From Nitrosopumilus sp. (lineage in GTDB: Archaea > Thermoproteota > Nitrososphaeria > Nitrososphaerales > Nitrosopumilaceae): a stretch of 64,000 bases of DNA. The position numbers were made by a program, and so were the translations under genes. The notes under the pieces are model-generated. The model saw only the letters and a program-made list of their open reading frames with translations. It did no database searches and was not told the DNA's origin. Shown one piece after another: positions 28,817 through 38,044 of this stretch. How positions within the stretch are numbered: the stretch's first letter is position 1; each line of letters starts with the position of its first letter. Location: the NCBI GenBank assembly GCA_965218785.1, contig OZ244650.1, forward strand, positions 352,001-416,000, written 5' to 3'.

Positions 28817-29001
28817 AAAAAACATACATAGCAGTTGCAGTCGTTGCCGTGATTGCAGTTACAGCCGTATCATACGGCATGATCGTAGTAGCCACGACGA
28901 CATTTTACGGAGAAGATAATTCCTTAACAGTGGAACCCGCACCAATAATGGAACGGGCGCTAGGACTTCGGGACCCATATGAACTGGAAGAAGAACCTTG
29001 A
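28813..29001 (+). pseudogene. Secreted-protein N-terminal fragment with ATA at start position
   Basis: (ATA)KKTYIAVAVVAVIAVTAVSYG..., ends at the duplicated left-arm sequence. Confidence 0.35.
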
Positions 29002-29102
29002 ACTTTTTTCCAAATCCCCAAAAACCTCAGATCCCTGTAAACTTTTGACTATTTTGTAGATTTTGAGTGAAGTTTAGTGAGAAGATACTCTTTGAACAGT
29101 GG

Positions 29103-29333
29103 CATGGCAACTATGGTATCTGGACGTGGGATATTGCGTTCCATCCAAGTGATGTTTGGGGAATAATTGACAAGCATAACAAGACTCAAGTGTCGGCAAG
29201 GGAGCATACAAAGTGTCCCAATTGCTTCATGATTGCATAGTCAAGGCAGGAGATTGAGAATGAGTTTGGATTCAGAAACATGAATGGAATTAGCAGACCT
29301 AAATCGTGGTGCAGAGGGTGCAGGACGGCATGA
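29103..29333 (+). pseudogene. Remnant of type III Res C-terminus with Zn finger
   Basis: HGNYGIWTWDIAFHPSDVWGIIDKHNKTQVSAREHTKCPNCFMIA*SRQEIENEFGFRNMNGISRPKSWCRGCR aligns to the end of Res at 13254; internal stop. Confidence 0.9.
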
Positions 29334-29449
29334 ATTCTACATAAAACACAATTCGGAAAATGTATCTTTTCAGACTAATCTGTCTTCCATAATATAACAG
29401 AGTCATTTATCTAAATGTTTAAGTTTATACAAATTTAGAACATACATAA

Positions 29450-30652
29450 TTGTCAAAAAAGAACAATCCTTTCAATCCTGGATCTGGGGCAGTTCCGCCC
29501 TATTTGGCAGGTCGCAGATTTGAATTAGAATCATTTTCAAAAATGTTGGCAAATATTCAGGATGATCAAATTGAAAATCTACTAATGTATGGATTAAGAG
29601 GTACAGGAAAAACCGTTCTAATGAATGAATTCAACAAAATGTGTAGAACTAAAAAATTACTACCTATAAAAAGACCTCAATTTAATCTAAAATACTGTGA
29701 TCCTGTTGAATTTACTAAATCTCTCAAATACGATTTACGAATAGCCATAGAAACTTTTTCAAAAATTAAAAAACTAGAGAGGAAATTTCTTTCTTCTGTT
29801 AATTATCTTAAACCTAAAAGTGCCGGTATACCCGGTATGTTTTATTACGAGCCTTCATACAAGTCTACCTCCAATATTCCATTAGAAGATCACCTAAAAT
29901 CTTATTTGGTTAAAAATTGGGAAATAATTAAAAATAGTGACTATGATGGTGTTGTTTTTCTTTTTGATGAATTCCATGCTATCAAAGACATTAAATCTAA
30001 AGGTTGGTTTACATTAGCTGATTTTTTAGGAGTTATTAACGAAGTCCAAAATCAAGGATGTGGATATTATGTTGTGTTATGTGGCTTGCCAACATTACAA
30101 ATTAATGTTAAAGAATCAAGATCCTATTCTGAAAGAATGTTTAAGTCATTAGAGATTTCCAACTTAAAACCAAATGAAGCAAAATCTGCAATAATTGAAC
30201 CATTAAAGAAGAGCAGCTATAAATTTACATCAAATTTAGTTACTAAAATTGTTAATGATACGGAAAGTTATCCATATTTTGTTCAATTTTACTGCAAAGA
30301 AATAATCAATAATACCAATAAAAAAAATATCACGATAAAGGATTATGAATTAATTAAAAATTCCATCATTCAACAGTTGGAATATAATTTCTTTGATCCA
30401 CGGATGGAAATGTTAAGTAATGATGAAAGAATTGTTCTTAATTCTATGTCAACTATTAAAAATAAAAATATTCCATTTAAAATCATTGAACTAAAATCAA
30501 AAATGGATAAAAGAAAACTTTCAAAATATCTCATTAGATTGGAAGAAAAAGGTCTTGTGTACAAGCATACTCATGCTGTTTATCGTTTCTCAGTTCCAAT
30601 GTTAAGGAATTATCTTCTGCATAAAATGTCGACAAAAAATGTCGACTATTGA
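29450..30652 (+). CDS. AAA+/STAND-like ATPase with C-terminal winged helix
   Basis: NPFNPG..PPYLAGR, GLRGTGKT, FLFDEFH, SYPYFVQ, C-terminal RLEEKGLVY..VYRFSVP. Confidence 0.85.
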   Translation: MSKKNNPFNPGSGAVPPYLAGRRFELESFSKMLANIQDDQIENLLMYGLRGTGKTVLMNEFNKMCRTKKLLPIKRPQFNLKYCDPVEFTKSLKYDLRIAIETFSKIKKLERKFLSSVNYLKPKSAGIPGMFYYEPSYKSTSNIPLEDHLKSYLVKNWEIIKNSDYDGVVFLFDEFHAIKDIKSKGWFTLADFLGVINEVQNQGCGYYVVLCGLPTLQINVKESRSYSERMFKSLEISNLKPNEAKSAIIEPLKKSSYKFTSNLVTKIVNDTESYPYFVQFYCKEIINNTNKKNITIKDYELIKNSIIQQLEYNFFDPRMEMLSNDERIVLNSMSTIKNKNIPFKIIELKSKMDKRKLSKYLIRLEEKGLVYKHTHAVYRFSVPMLRNYLLHKMSTKNVDY

Positions 30653-30899
30653 TTTTAGTATGAAATGTCGACAAAGTCGACAAAAAATGTCGACTATTGA
30701 TTTTAGTATGAAATGTCGACAAAGTCGACAAAAAATGTCGACTATTGATTTTAGTATGAAATGTCGACAAAGTCGACAAAAAATGTCGACTATTGATTTT
30801 AGTATGAAATGTCGACAAAGTCGACAAAAAATGTCGACTATTGATTTTAGTATGAAATGTCGACAAAGTCGACAAAAAATGTCGACTATTGATTTTAGT
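30628..30899. repeat. 48-bp tandem repeat (5 full + 1 partial) containing 17 GTCGAC palindromes
   Basis: gtcgacaaaaaatgtcgactattgattttagtatgaaatgtcgacaaa at 30628, 30676, 30724, 30772, 30820, partial at 30868. Confidence 0.97.
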
Positions 30900-30908
30900 G
30901 AATAAATA

Positions 30909-31097
30909 GTGACCCCGTACGAGATCGCTAAAGCGATCTCGTACGTGTTACCATATTTTTTTTTGTATATCGTCATCCAAGGGGTCGTGGTAATTGCAAG
31001 AAAAGTGCGTAATGACCTGATGACTGCAGATGGAATAAGGCTGTTTGGGATATTGATGACGTACATTCTGACATGGCACAGATGGGGGAGGAGCTAA
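30909..31097 (+). CDS. Possible small membrane protein
   Basis: 62-aa ORF with two hydrophobic segments; overlaps the hairpin. Confidence 0.3.
   Translation: MTPYEIAKAISYVLPYFFLYIVIQGVVVIARKVRNDLMTADGIRLFGILMTYILTWHRWGRS
30916..30945. repeat. Perfect inverted repeat, 14-bp arms, 2-nt spacer
   Basis: cgtacgagatcgct-aa-agcgatctcgtacg. Confidence 0.93.
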
Positions 31098-31328
31098 ATA
31101 CGACAGAAAAACTGCCTTGAGATACTAGGGTCGATCTAATCATTTACAGCACGATCTGACTAAAATTTATATTCCTGACATACTACACAATAGCGATCAG
31201 ATGACTCAAACTGCACAGAGTCAGGGCGCTGTTCCGCAGCTAAAGAATCCCGCCGAGGGCGCTTTAATCCTTATCATGGTACGCAATGAACAAAATTCGT
31301 GCTTGAATCAAAATGGATTTTGGGGGTC

Positions 31329-32200
31329 ATGGCAAAAAGGCTATAGATCGATATTCACAGATCCAAAGATAGGATGAATCTGCAAAGAATAGGATCACAA
31401 AATTGTTTCCAGCCAACGCCCCTATTGTCTGTAAATTTTTGGACAGACTGCGGCTGGAGAACAAATCCCGGAGAAGAGTTGCAAACTGCAGAATGCTCGC
31501 GCAGAATACTGGGAATAAAATCCGACACGTTAATTGATTCATGGAACAGGGAGGACATTGAATATGTACACAGGATGATTACAGAATCCAGATATGCGAA
31601 TTCTGTAAAAAAAGATACCCTGTCCACCCTGAAGCGGTTATATCACTATTCCATTCACAACAAGATTGCAGACAAGAACAAGGGAAAAGAATACGACAGT
31701 AATGTATCCTGGATTACACCCGGTGCATTCCGAGACCGCTATGAAAAGATTCAGGCGGGAGATCTGTTAACTGATGATGAGATTCTCAAATTAATTCAGG
31801 GAATAAAAAAGATTGGAGGAAGATACGTAAAGCGAAACATAGCACTAGTCTTCGTGCTCTTTGAAGGGGGCATATCGTCTCGGAGAACTTGAACATCCGG
31901 ATTGCCGGAATAGAGTTCAAAGATAACTTGTGCGAATACACACGACTGGCAAGATCGGACCAAAGTCACTTGTACTAGTTGCAAGCTTTGAACCTATACG
32001 TGACTGGTTATCAGAGCACCCAACAGTGATGACCCTGATGCGTTTCTGTTCTATCACAACAATCCTGATGGACTAGTCCAATATGTGATACTCGACAACG
32101 CTGAAAAAGGCACAAAAAGCTGCCGGCATCAAAAAAAGGGTCTGGATGTATCTGTTCAGACACACCTCACTTACCGAATACAGCAAGACCATGGTAAAAC
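31329..32200 (+). pseudogene. Frameshifted tyrosine integrase, paralog of 21860
   Basis: Fragments in different frames: CKFLDRLRLENKS, VSWITP..DLLTDDEI, FVLFEG, LNIRIAGIEF, RVWMYLFRH. Confidence 0.88.
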
Positions 32201-32311
32201 CGGACAAACAACATCTAAACACCGTGATTTTGCCGGCTGTTTATTCATCCATATAATCAGAGTTGTCTTTTGATCCTAATTCTTTTAATGTATGAGATAA
32301 ATTTGATGGTA

Positions 32312-34558
32312 ATGGGGAAAACAGGCATCATTTTTGCAGGTGTGGTATTTTCACTGGTTTTACTCTCAAGCATTACCATGCCATCTTACTCTGATTATCT
32401 ATCCCCAAAAAAGCAGATGGAATCGGGTGTTGCACTCGTGGATATTACATGTAAAAGTGATCATGTGGCCGTATTTCGTACTAGCGGTGATCCCGCATGT
32501 GTCAAGAACGCTACTGCTGAATATCTTGGCTGGCCGAAAATAGAGGCGCTTTCCAGACTTGTTGATGATATTAGTAATCTACCGTCTCTTGTTGTATCTG
32601 CAGTGGATGTTGAATTAGATCCAATTTGGTATTCCGATGGTCCCATTTCAACAAAATATTTGGATTCTATTTCGGATGTATCTGGTTCAGACGTACCTAT
32701 TACAGGTGAACCTCGTAGTGTTCCATATGATACCGAACTTATCGTCTCAAAGATTCCCAGAGTGGGCGATATTATTGACATTACTCTCATTGTATCGTAT
32801 CCACTCCCTCATGTGGATTTTGGGAGTACGCATGTTGGTTTATCTCTTCATGATTCGTATGAATTACTTGATGTTCCAGAAGAATTTGATGTTGAATATA
32901 TCGAACGTTATCCTGTATACAGTCATCATCCGGGATCATACCAATTAACAACAAAAGAACGTATTAATTTTGATGATGGCGTGCCACGACAGTTTACTAT
33001 TCAGGTCGAGGTCATACGTGGGGGACCTGCAACAATTGGTGGCGGGGTTTATGACGCATACTCTAAATTTTCCTTTATAATTGGGGAAACCGAGACGCTG
33101 TTGTACGGGGATTATTATGCCAAATATCCGGATGAACGTCCGGTTTCTGTAGAGATACCTGATACCTACGAAGAACGAAAGATCTGGGATGAGAAATATG
33201 GTACTGGAACTGCTGCTGGATATTCAACTAGCAGAACAGACATAACTGAGGAAGAATTTCGATTATTTTTGGAACTCCATGACTTTGATCACATCGACGA
33301 CATAGATGCTGCAGTTGTAGAGGCTTATCCAGACGAGGATCATCATGTGGTAGAACCTGTGATAGAACCAATGTCACCCATATTCACAGTATCCGCACAG
33401 GACATAGAGTCTGCCGTCATCCCAGATTCCATTGCCACAAAAAATAATGCTTTTACCATCGACTTTTACAGGCAGGTATCAAGTAATATCGATGACGACT
33501 CGAACATATTCTTCTCGCCTACAAGCATGTACGTGGCATTTTCCCTCCTGTACGAGGGTGCAAAACAAAACACGGCCAAGGAGATACAGCAGGTATTTGG
33601 CTTTGAGCCTGATGTAACGGTGCGCCATAACGACACGGCACATGCAATATCCTCAATAAACCGTGACGACCCACATGCCACGCTTGTTATGGCAAACGCG
33701 CTGTGGCTTGCTGACTGGTTTGAGCCGTATGACTCTTACCTTGATGTCGGGCGCCAGACATATCTTGCCGGCATTAAGACTGTCAGTTTTACTGAACCAG
33801 AGGAAGAGCCGGAGGGTGTCAAGCAGATAAATGACTGGGCATCAGATAACACAAACGGCAAGATTCCAAAGGTCATTGGAAAGGCGGCTGTAGGCAACTT
33901 AACTGCCATGGTAATTACCAATGCAATTTACTTCAAGGGTACGTGGCTGACGCAATTTGATCCCGAGAATACAAAAGAATCTGACTTTTGGACTAGCGAA
34001 TCAAAAAACACCACTACCAATTTTATGGGAAACAATGCTGTATTTCACTATACAAAGTCCCATGGTGCACAGGTGCTCAAGATGCCATATGATGGTGACA
34101 GGCTCTCCATGCTGGTCATACTCCCACACGAGCGGGATGGAATCAATGCACTAGAGGAATCGCTGACACAGGAGGTGATAGAGGGATGGCAGCAGAACAT
34201 GTACTATAATCATGTCATAGTTGAGATGCCAAAGTTCACGATGAAAACCGATTATGATCTTAAAAAACATCTACAAAACCTTGGAATGATTGATGTCTTT
34301 TCTGAGAAAGCATCAGATCTATCAGGTATTGCAAATGTAGAGTATGCGAATCTACATGTATCAGGGGCCACTCAAAACGCCTTTGTGGATGTGAACGAGG
34401 AGGGGACAGAGGCAGCTGCGGTAACAACAATTAGTAGTATTAGAGAATCATCCCCACCACCACGCTTCATCGCAGACCACCCATTCATATTCATAATACA
34501 GGACGATGAGAGCGGTGCAATCCTGTTCATGGGACGGCTCTCTGATCCTGGTTCCTGA
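32312..34558 (+). CDS. Secreted serpin (serine protease inhibitor) with long N-terminal extension
   Basis: NIFFSPTS, INDWASDNTNGKI, NAIYFKGTW, VNEEGTEAAAVT hinge, FIADHPFIFII, ILFMGR; signal peptide and SPKKQ..C..PACVK..GW domain. Confidence 0.95.
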   Translation: MGKTGIIFAGVVFSLVLLSSITMPSYSDYLSPKKQMESGVALVDITCKSDHVAVFRTSGDPACVKNATAEYLGWPKIEALSRLVDDISNLPSLVVSAVDVELDPIWYSDGPISTKYLDSISDVSGSDVPITGEPRSVPYDTELIVSKIPRVGDIIDITLIVSYPLPHVDFGSTHVGLSLHDSYELLDVPEEFDVEYIERYPVYSHHPGSYQLTTKERINFDDGVPRQFTIQVEVIRGGPATIGGGVYDAYSKFSFIIGETETLLYGDYYAKYPDERPVSVEIPDTYEERKIWDEKYGTGTAAGYSTSRTDITEEEFRLFLELHDFDHIDDIDAAVVEAYPDEDHHVVEPVIEPMSPIFTVSAQDIESAVIPDSIATKNNAFTIDFYRQVSSNIDDDSNIFFSPTSMYVAFSLLYEGAKQNTAKEIQQVFGFEPDVTVRHNDTAHAISSINRDDPHATLVMANALWLADWFEPYDSYLDVGRQTYLAGIKTVSFTEPEEEPEGVKQINDWASDNTNGKIPKVIGKAAVGNLTAMVITNAIYFKGTWLTQFDPENTKESDFWTSESKNTTTNFMGNNAVFHYTKSHGAQVLKMPYDGDRLSMLVILPHERDGINALEESLTQEVIEGWQQNMYYNHVIVEMPKFTMKTDYDLKKHLQNLGMIDVFSEKASDLSGIANVEYANLHVSGATQNAFVDVNEEGTEAAAVTTISSIRESSPPPRFIADHPFIFIIQDDESGAILFMGRLSDPGS

Positions 34559-34661
34559 TGACATATCTGGAATCTATCAACGAGGATTTGCCTAATAGTC
34601 ACATGTGAATGAAAAACAAAATTCAGACATACTGAGAATCCGATATCCGGCAAAGGACTGA

Positions 34662-34710
34662 TTCCAGGAAAAAAGCAAATAAATCATTAGGAAAAAAAGA
34701 GAGAATCTAT
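34662..34710. repeat. About 50-bp dispersed repeat, second copy 58868-58919
   Basis: ttccaggaaaaaagcaaataaatcattaggaaaaaaagagagaatctat vs ttccaaggaaaaaagcaaacaaaatcattaggacaaaaaagagagaatctat. Confidence 0.8.
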
Positions 34711-34979
34711 GACATATGTGGGAGTACCACGCTCAGGAAGTAGGAGGCAGGATCTGACTAAAATTCATATTCCTGACATACTACATTAACGATCAGATTA
34801 TTCAGTGCAGGGCGCTATACATTATCTAGAGAATCCCGCCGAATGCCCATCATTTTTCTAAACCTGATTTATTGAAAACATCTCTTAACCGATCAGAATT
34901 ACATTGCATATCGTGATTAAAAAGAGATCATAATGACTCCCATACAAGAATATTAAAATTCAGGTAATTTTAGTACATT

Positions 34980-35678
34980 TTGATGTCTGAGCAAAAGGAT
35001 GAATCCCAAGAAGCAACACCCACAGAAGATTCATCTTCTAAAACCCCCTCAGCAGGGAAAACCGTAGAAACTAAAAAACTCAAGGCTTCTGACGCGGCAG
35101 ATAAAGCCGAGGCTGCAATAAAAGCGGCAGAAAAAGCAGAAACTGAAGCACACAAGGCTCTTGAAAAGGCAAAAATCGCAAAAGAAAAAGCAGAGGCGGC
35201 AGCAGAAGCAGAATACAAAGCAATTGCCGATGAGATAAAGGCCGAAGTGGAAAAGGCACCTGATCATTACACCTTCAAGAGACAAGGTGAAGAGATCTTT
35301 AGACGAGAAATGGGCGAACCTGAATTTTTCTTGGATAAAAAAGACCGATTCCCACGTCCAATCCTTTCACCTGAAGAACAAGAAACTATAACAAGAAAGG
35401 CCGAGATGTTCAAAGACGCCACTCCTGATTATATTCCTCAACATGTTCTCAGTCCCGAATTTGGCGGTATGTCAAGCTATGAACGTGGCGTAGATGAATT
35501 TTTAAAAAAATCCAAACTCAATCTTGAGACATTAAAAGCAGATCCTGATGTTACAGAAAAACAAATCCGGAACGCCAAAGATGACATTATTTATTTAGAA
35601 TCAATACGTGAAAACTATCACATCGGAATGAATGTTTTCAGAACTGCAAAAGGCGGACGAGACAAGATTAAATCTTAA
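34980..35678 (+). CDS. Hypothetical protein with Ala/Lys/Glu coiled-coil N-terminus
   Basis: 232-aa ORF, AEKA-rich segment. Confidence 0.75.
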   Translation: MMSEQKDESQEATPTEDSSSKTPSAGKTVETKKLKASDAADKAEAAIKAAEKAETEAHKALEKAKIAKEKAEAAAEAEYKAIADEIKAEVEKAPDHYTFKRQGEEIFRREMGEPEFFLDKKDRFPRPILSPEEQETITRKAEMFKDATPDYIPQHVLSPEFGGMSSYERGVDEFLKKSKLNLETLKADPDVTEKQIRNAKDDIIYLESIRENYHIGMNVFRTAKGGRDKIKS

Positions 35679-35688
35679 TGGTGATGAT

Positions 35689-36765
35689 ATGGGCGAAGTA
35701 AATTTTGATGTAATGAACGCACGTGTTACCTTCAAAAATATTCCTCTGCATGTATTATCAAAATTTGCCTTCAAGGATGTAATTGCGGCATGTGAGGAAT
35801 TCAAAAAAATTCCTGCCGTAGATGAGTGCATAATTATTCAAACTGCAAGCAGAGTTGAAATATTTCTGGTAAGTAATGTTGAAACTTCTGATTCCCCAGA
35901 TGCACGAAGAGCCGAAGGAAAAACACTTGTGTTAAACCAGGTTAAAGATATTTGGATATCTTTATCGTCATTAGAACAAATCGACATTGATCATTTTGAT
36001 CAAACCCTTGAAGTTTACAAAGGCGATGATGTATATCTTCATTTATTGCGTTTGGCATCCGGATTGGATTCCTTTGTTGTAGGAAAACAAGAAGTCTTCG
36101 ATGAGATTGTACAGTCATTTACTAACGCAAAAGCCGCTGGTGTTTCAGGTAAAATTACCAATAAATTATTCGAAAGTGTGATTAGACTGGCCACAAGAAT
36201 GCGAGATACGACTGGAATTGCAAAGGATGTCGTCTCTCTTGGAGATATTGCAGTAAAGCTAGTAGATGAGAAAGCCGGACTTGATTCCAAGAAGAAGGTG
36301 TTGCTTATCGGTACCGGCGAGTCTGCTGCCATGGTTGCAAAAACCCTGAACAAAAAAGGCATCCCCTTTGATGTAACAAGTAGAACCATTGATCGTGTTA
36401 CCGGTTTTACAGCACTACTGGGGGGCAATTCTGCTGACTTTAACGATGTTTTAGCCGGTTTTGATAAATATGATATTATTTTTGTTGCGACAACATCTGA
36501 TTACTTTCTAATCACTTTTGATAGAATTCACCTAGTAATGGAAGATAAGAAAAAAGGCACCCTAATCCTGGATTTGTCTGATCCCAGAACAGTTGATGAG
36601 GGAATTACTGCCCTTCCTGGAATCAAATTATTGTTTAGGGATCAAATTTATGAACTTTATGAGGAAAGTGTTAAAGCTAGATCCGGTATTGTTCCTGCAG
36701 TGGAAAAAATCATTGATAAAGAAATCCCGGTTTTATCTGCCACAATGAAAACGTTAGATGCCTAG
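35689..36765 (+). CDS. Glutamyl-tRNA reductase-like protein (catalytic Cys absent)
   Basis: HLLRLASGLDS, GTGESA, LDLSDPR HemA-like motifs, but TASRVE in place of TCNRxE. Confidence 0.85.
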   Translation: MGEVNFDVMNARVTFKNIPLHVLSKFAFKDVIAACEEFKKIPAVDECIIIQTASRVEIFLVSNVETSDSPDARRAEGKTLVLNQVKDIWISLSSLEQIDIDHFDQTLEVYKGDDVYLHLLRLASGLDSFVVGKQEVFDEIVQSFTNAKAAGVSGKITNKLFESVIRLATRMRDTTGIAKDVVSLGDIAVKLVDEKAGLDSKKKVLLIGTGESAAMVAKTLNKKGIPFDVTSRTIDRVTGFTALLGGNSADFNDVLAGFDKYDIIFVATTSDYFLITFDRIHLVMEDKKKGTLILDLSDPRTVDEGITALPGIKLLFRDQIYELYEESVKARSGIVPAVEKIIDKEIPVLSATMKTLDA

Positions 36766-36770
36766 TTTTC

Positions 36771-36938
36771 CTATGCGCCCTGTTTTCTTAAAAGAAACTG
36801 CATTACTGCTTCCTTGGAATAATCAATTCCATGTACCTCATCGGTGTGTGTTTTAAAATTCTCAATTACATGCTCCATTTCACCATCGGCTATAAAATCA
36901 CATTCAAAACCATAATCTCTACACATGAGTTTTGCCAT
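36771..36938 (-). CDS. DUF1059-like small metal-binding protein
   Basis: LMCRDYGFECDF...HTDEVHG. Confidence 0.8.
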   Translation of the reverse strand: MAKLMCRDYGFECDFIADGEMEHVIENFKTHTDEVHGIDYSKEAVMQFLLRKQGA

Positions 36939-37077
36939 ACTTTGGAAAAAATTCTGCAATATAAATATCCACAGGTAATTATCTTAGAGTTTATGTATAA
37001 TCGATCCAGGACTGACAGTGTTGTTCAAAAGTTTTTTTTGGATTCCCAAAACAATTTCCGATTATTTTTTTTGAAAA

Positions 37078-37920
37078 CTATCCGTAAGACTCGAACTTTA
37101 TTCCAAAACTTCCGTCTGGTTTCTTTTCATGTTCGGTAACAAACCCCTTTGGGCCCAGGTGTTCGATAACACCATCGATGGTACCTTGATATCCACAAAT
37201 GTACACAATCGTGTTTTCCGGCGTTAACTCTTCTCCTACTATATTTTCGACTGGCGAGAGTCCCGTTTTTTTATCCGGCTTGAAAAATGATTCTACTCTG
37301 CCTATGTGACCGGACCATGATCTGTTGAAGAATTCCTTTGGCCTGCTAATGGCTGCCCTGTATCTGAAATTCCATTTATCCCTGCCTCTTTTTTCACTCT
37401 CATCTTCCAAATCAGTCAAAAGTCGTTTGTAGCTTAGCTCATCAACATAACTTGCCCCGTGCAAAATAACCACCTCTCTTTTGTCGTCAATATCATGGAA
37501 ATGTTTTGCAAACGCGATAAATGGTGCCAATCCTGTCCCTCCACCAACACAAATAATCCTTCTATTGTCCTTTTGTTTGTTGGGTAAGATATCGCTGATT
37601 TGCAGTGCGGCCCCCGTTGGTTCCCCCAAATACACTTCATCACCCACACTAAGATAAAATAACTCGGTAGTGACACGACCCGGAAGTGGCTTTCTTACCC
37701 ATCTGATTACAAACTCAAAATAATCCCTATTTCCTGCATGTGATGCAATTGAATATGCACGCCTAACAATTTTTTTTTCTGTTGGTATTGGAAGACCGAC
37801 TGTTAAAAATTGACCGGTTTTATATTTGGGCATTCCATTTTCTGGCACTAGCCTGATGATTGCCAGATCCACTTTTAATAATTCCACATATGTGACCTTT
37901 GCCCTCATCTCAGCTACCAT
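37078..37920 (-). CDS. Ferredoxin--NADP reductase family oxidoreductase
   Basis: GQF, RRAYSIAS, GGGTGLAPF, YICG, C-terminal ESY. Confidence 0.9.
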   Translation of the reverse strand: MVAEMRAKVTYVELLKVDLAIIRLVPENGMPKYKTGQFLTVGLPIPTEKKIVRRAYSIASHAGNRDYFEFVIRWVRKPLPGRVTTELFYLSVGDEVYLGEPTGAALQISDILPNKQKDNRRIICVGGGTGLAPFIAFAKHFHDIDDKREVVILHGASYVDELSYKRLLTDLEDESEKRGRDKWNFRYRAAISRPKEFFNRSWSGHIGRVESFFKPDKKTGLSPVENIVGEELTPENTIVYICGYQGTIDGVIEHLGPKGFVTEHEKKPDGSFGIKFESYG

Positions 37921-38044
37921 ACAGGGTTTTTTCGTGACTTTGGATAAATATATTTCTGTTATAACTTGATTCAAAACCTATCTGGTCATATGAGATGAAG
38001 AATATGGAATTTTTCTTGCCACATTTAATTTCATTATTTACTCG

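Larger units (their letters stand above)
21737..31262. mobile_element. Integrative element A1 (about 9.5 kb) at tRNA-Asp 3' end
   Basis: 17-bp direct repeat aatcccgccgagggcgc at 21737-21753 and 31246-31262; integrase immediately after tRNA. Confidence 0.88.
31246..34842. mobile_element. Decayed integrative element A2 (about 3.6 kb), tandem with A1
   Basis: Starts at att copy 31246; ends at aatcccgccga 34832-34842; right arm 34751-34785 nearly identical to 31153-31187; integrase pseudogene. Confidence 0.8.

Noticed and set aside
24509-30652. Wadjet (JetABCD) system
   Set aside because: Only a Toprim protein is present; no SMC, kleisin or KITE genes, and the ATPase has no coiled coil
30628-30899. 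CRISPR array, or repeat proteins (ORFs 30534, 30602, 30639)
   Set aside because: No spacers; the ORFs are a by-product of a 48-bp unit that is divisible by three
11700-34842. Provirus or conjugative element
   Set aside because: No recognisable capsid, packaging ATPase, relaxase or VirB4/VirD4 genes
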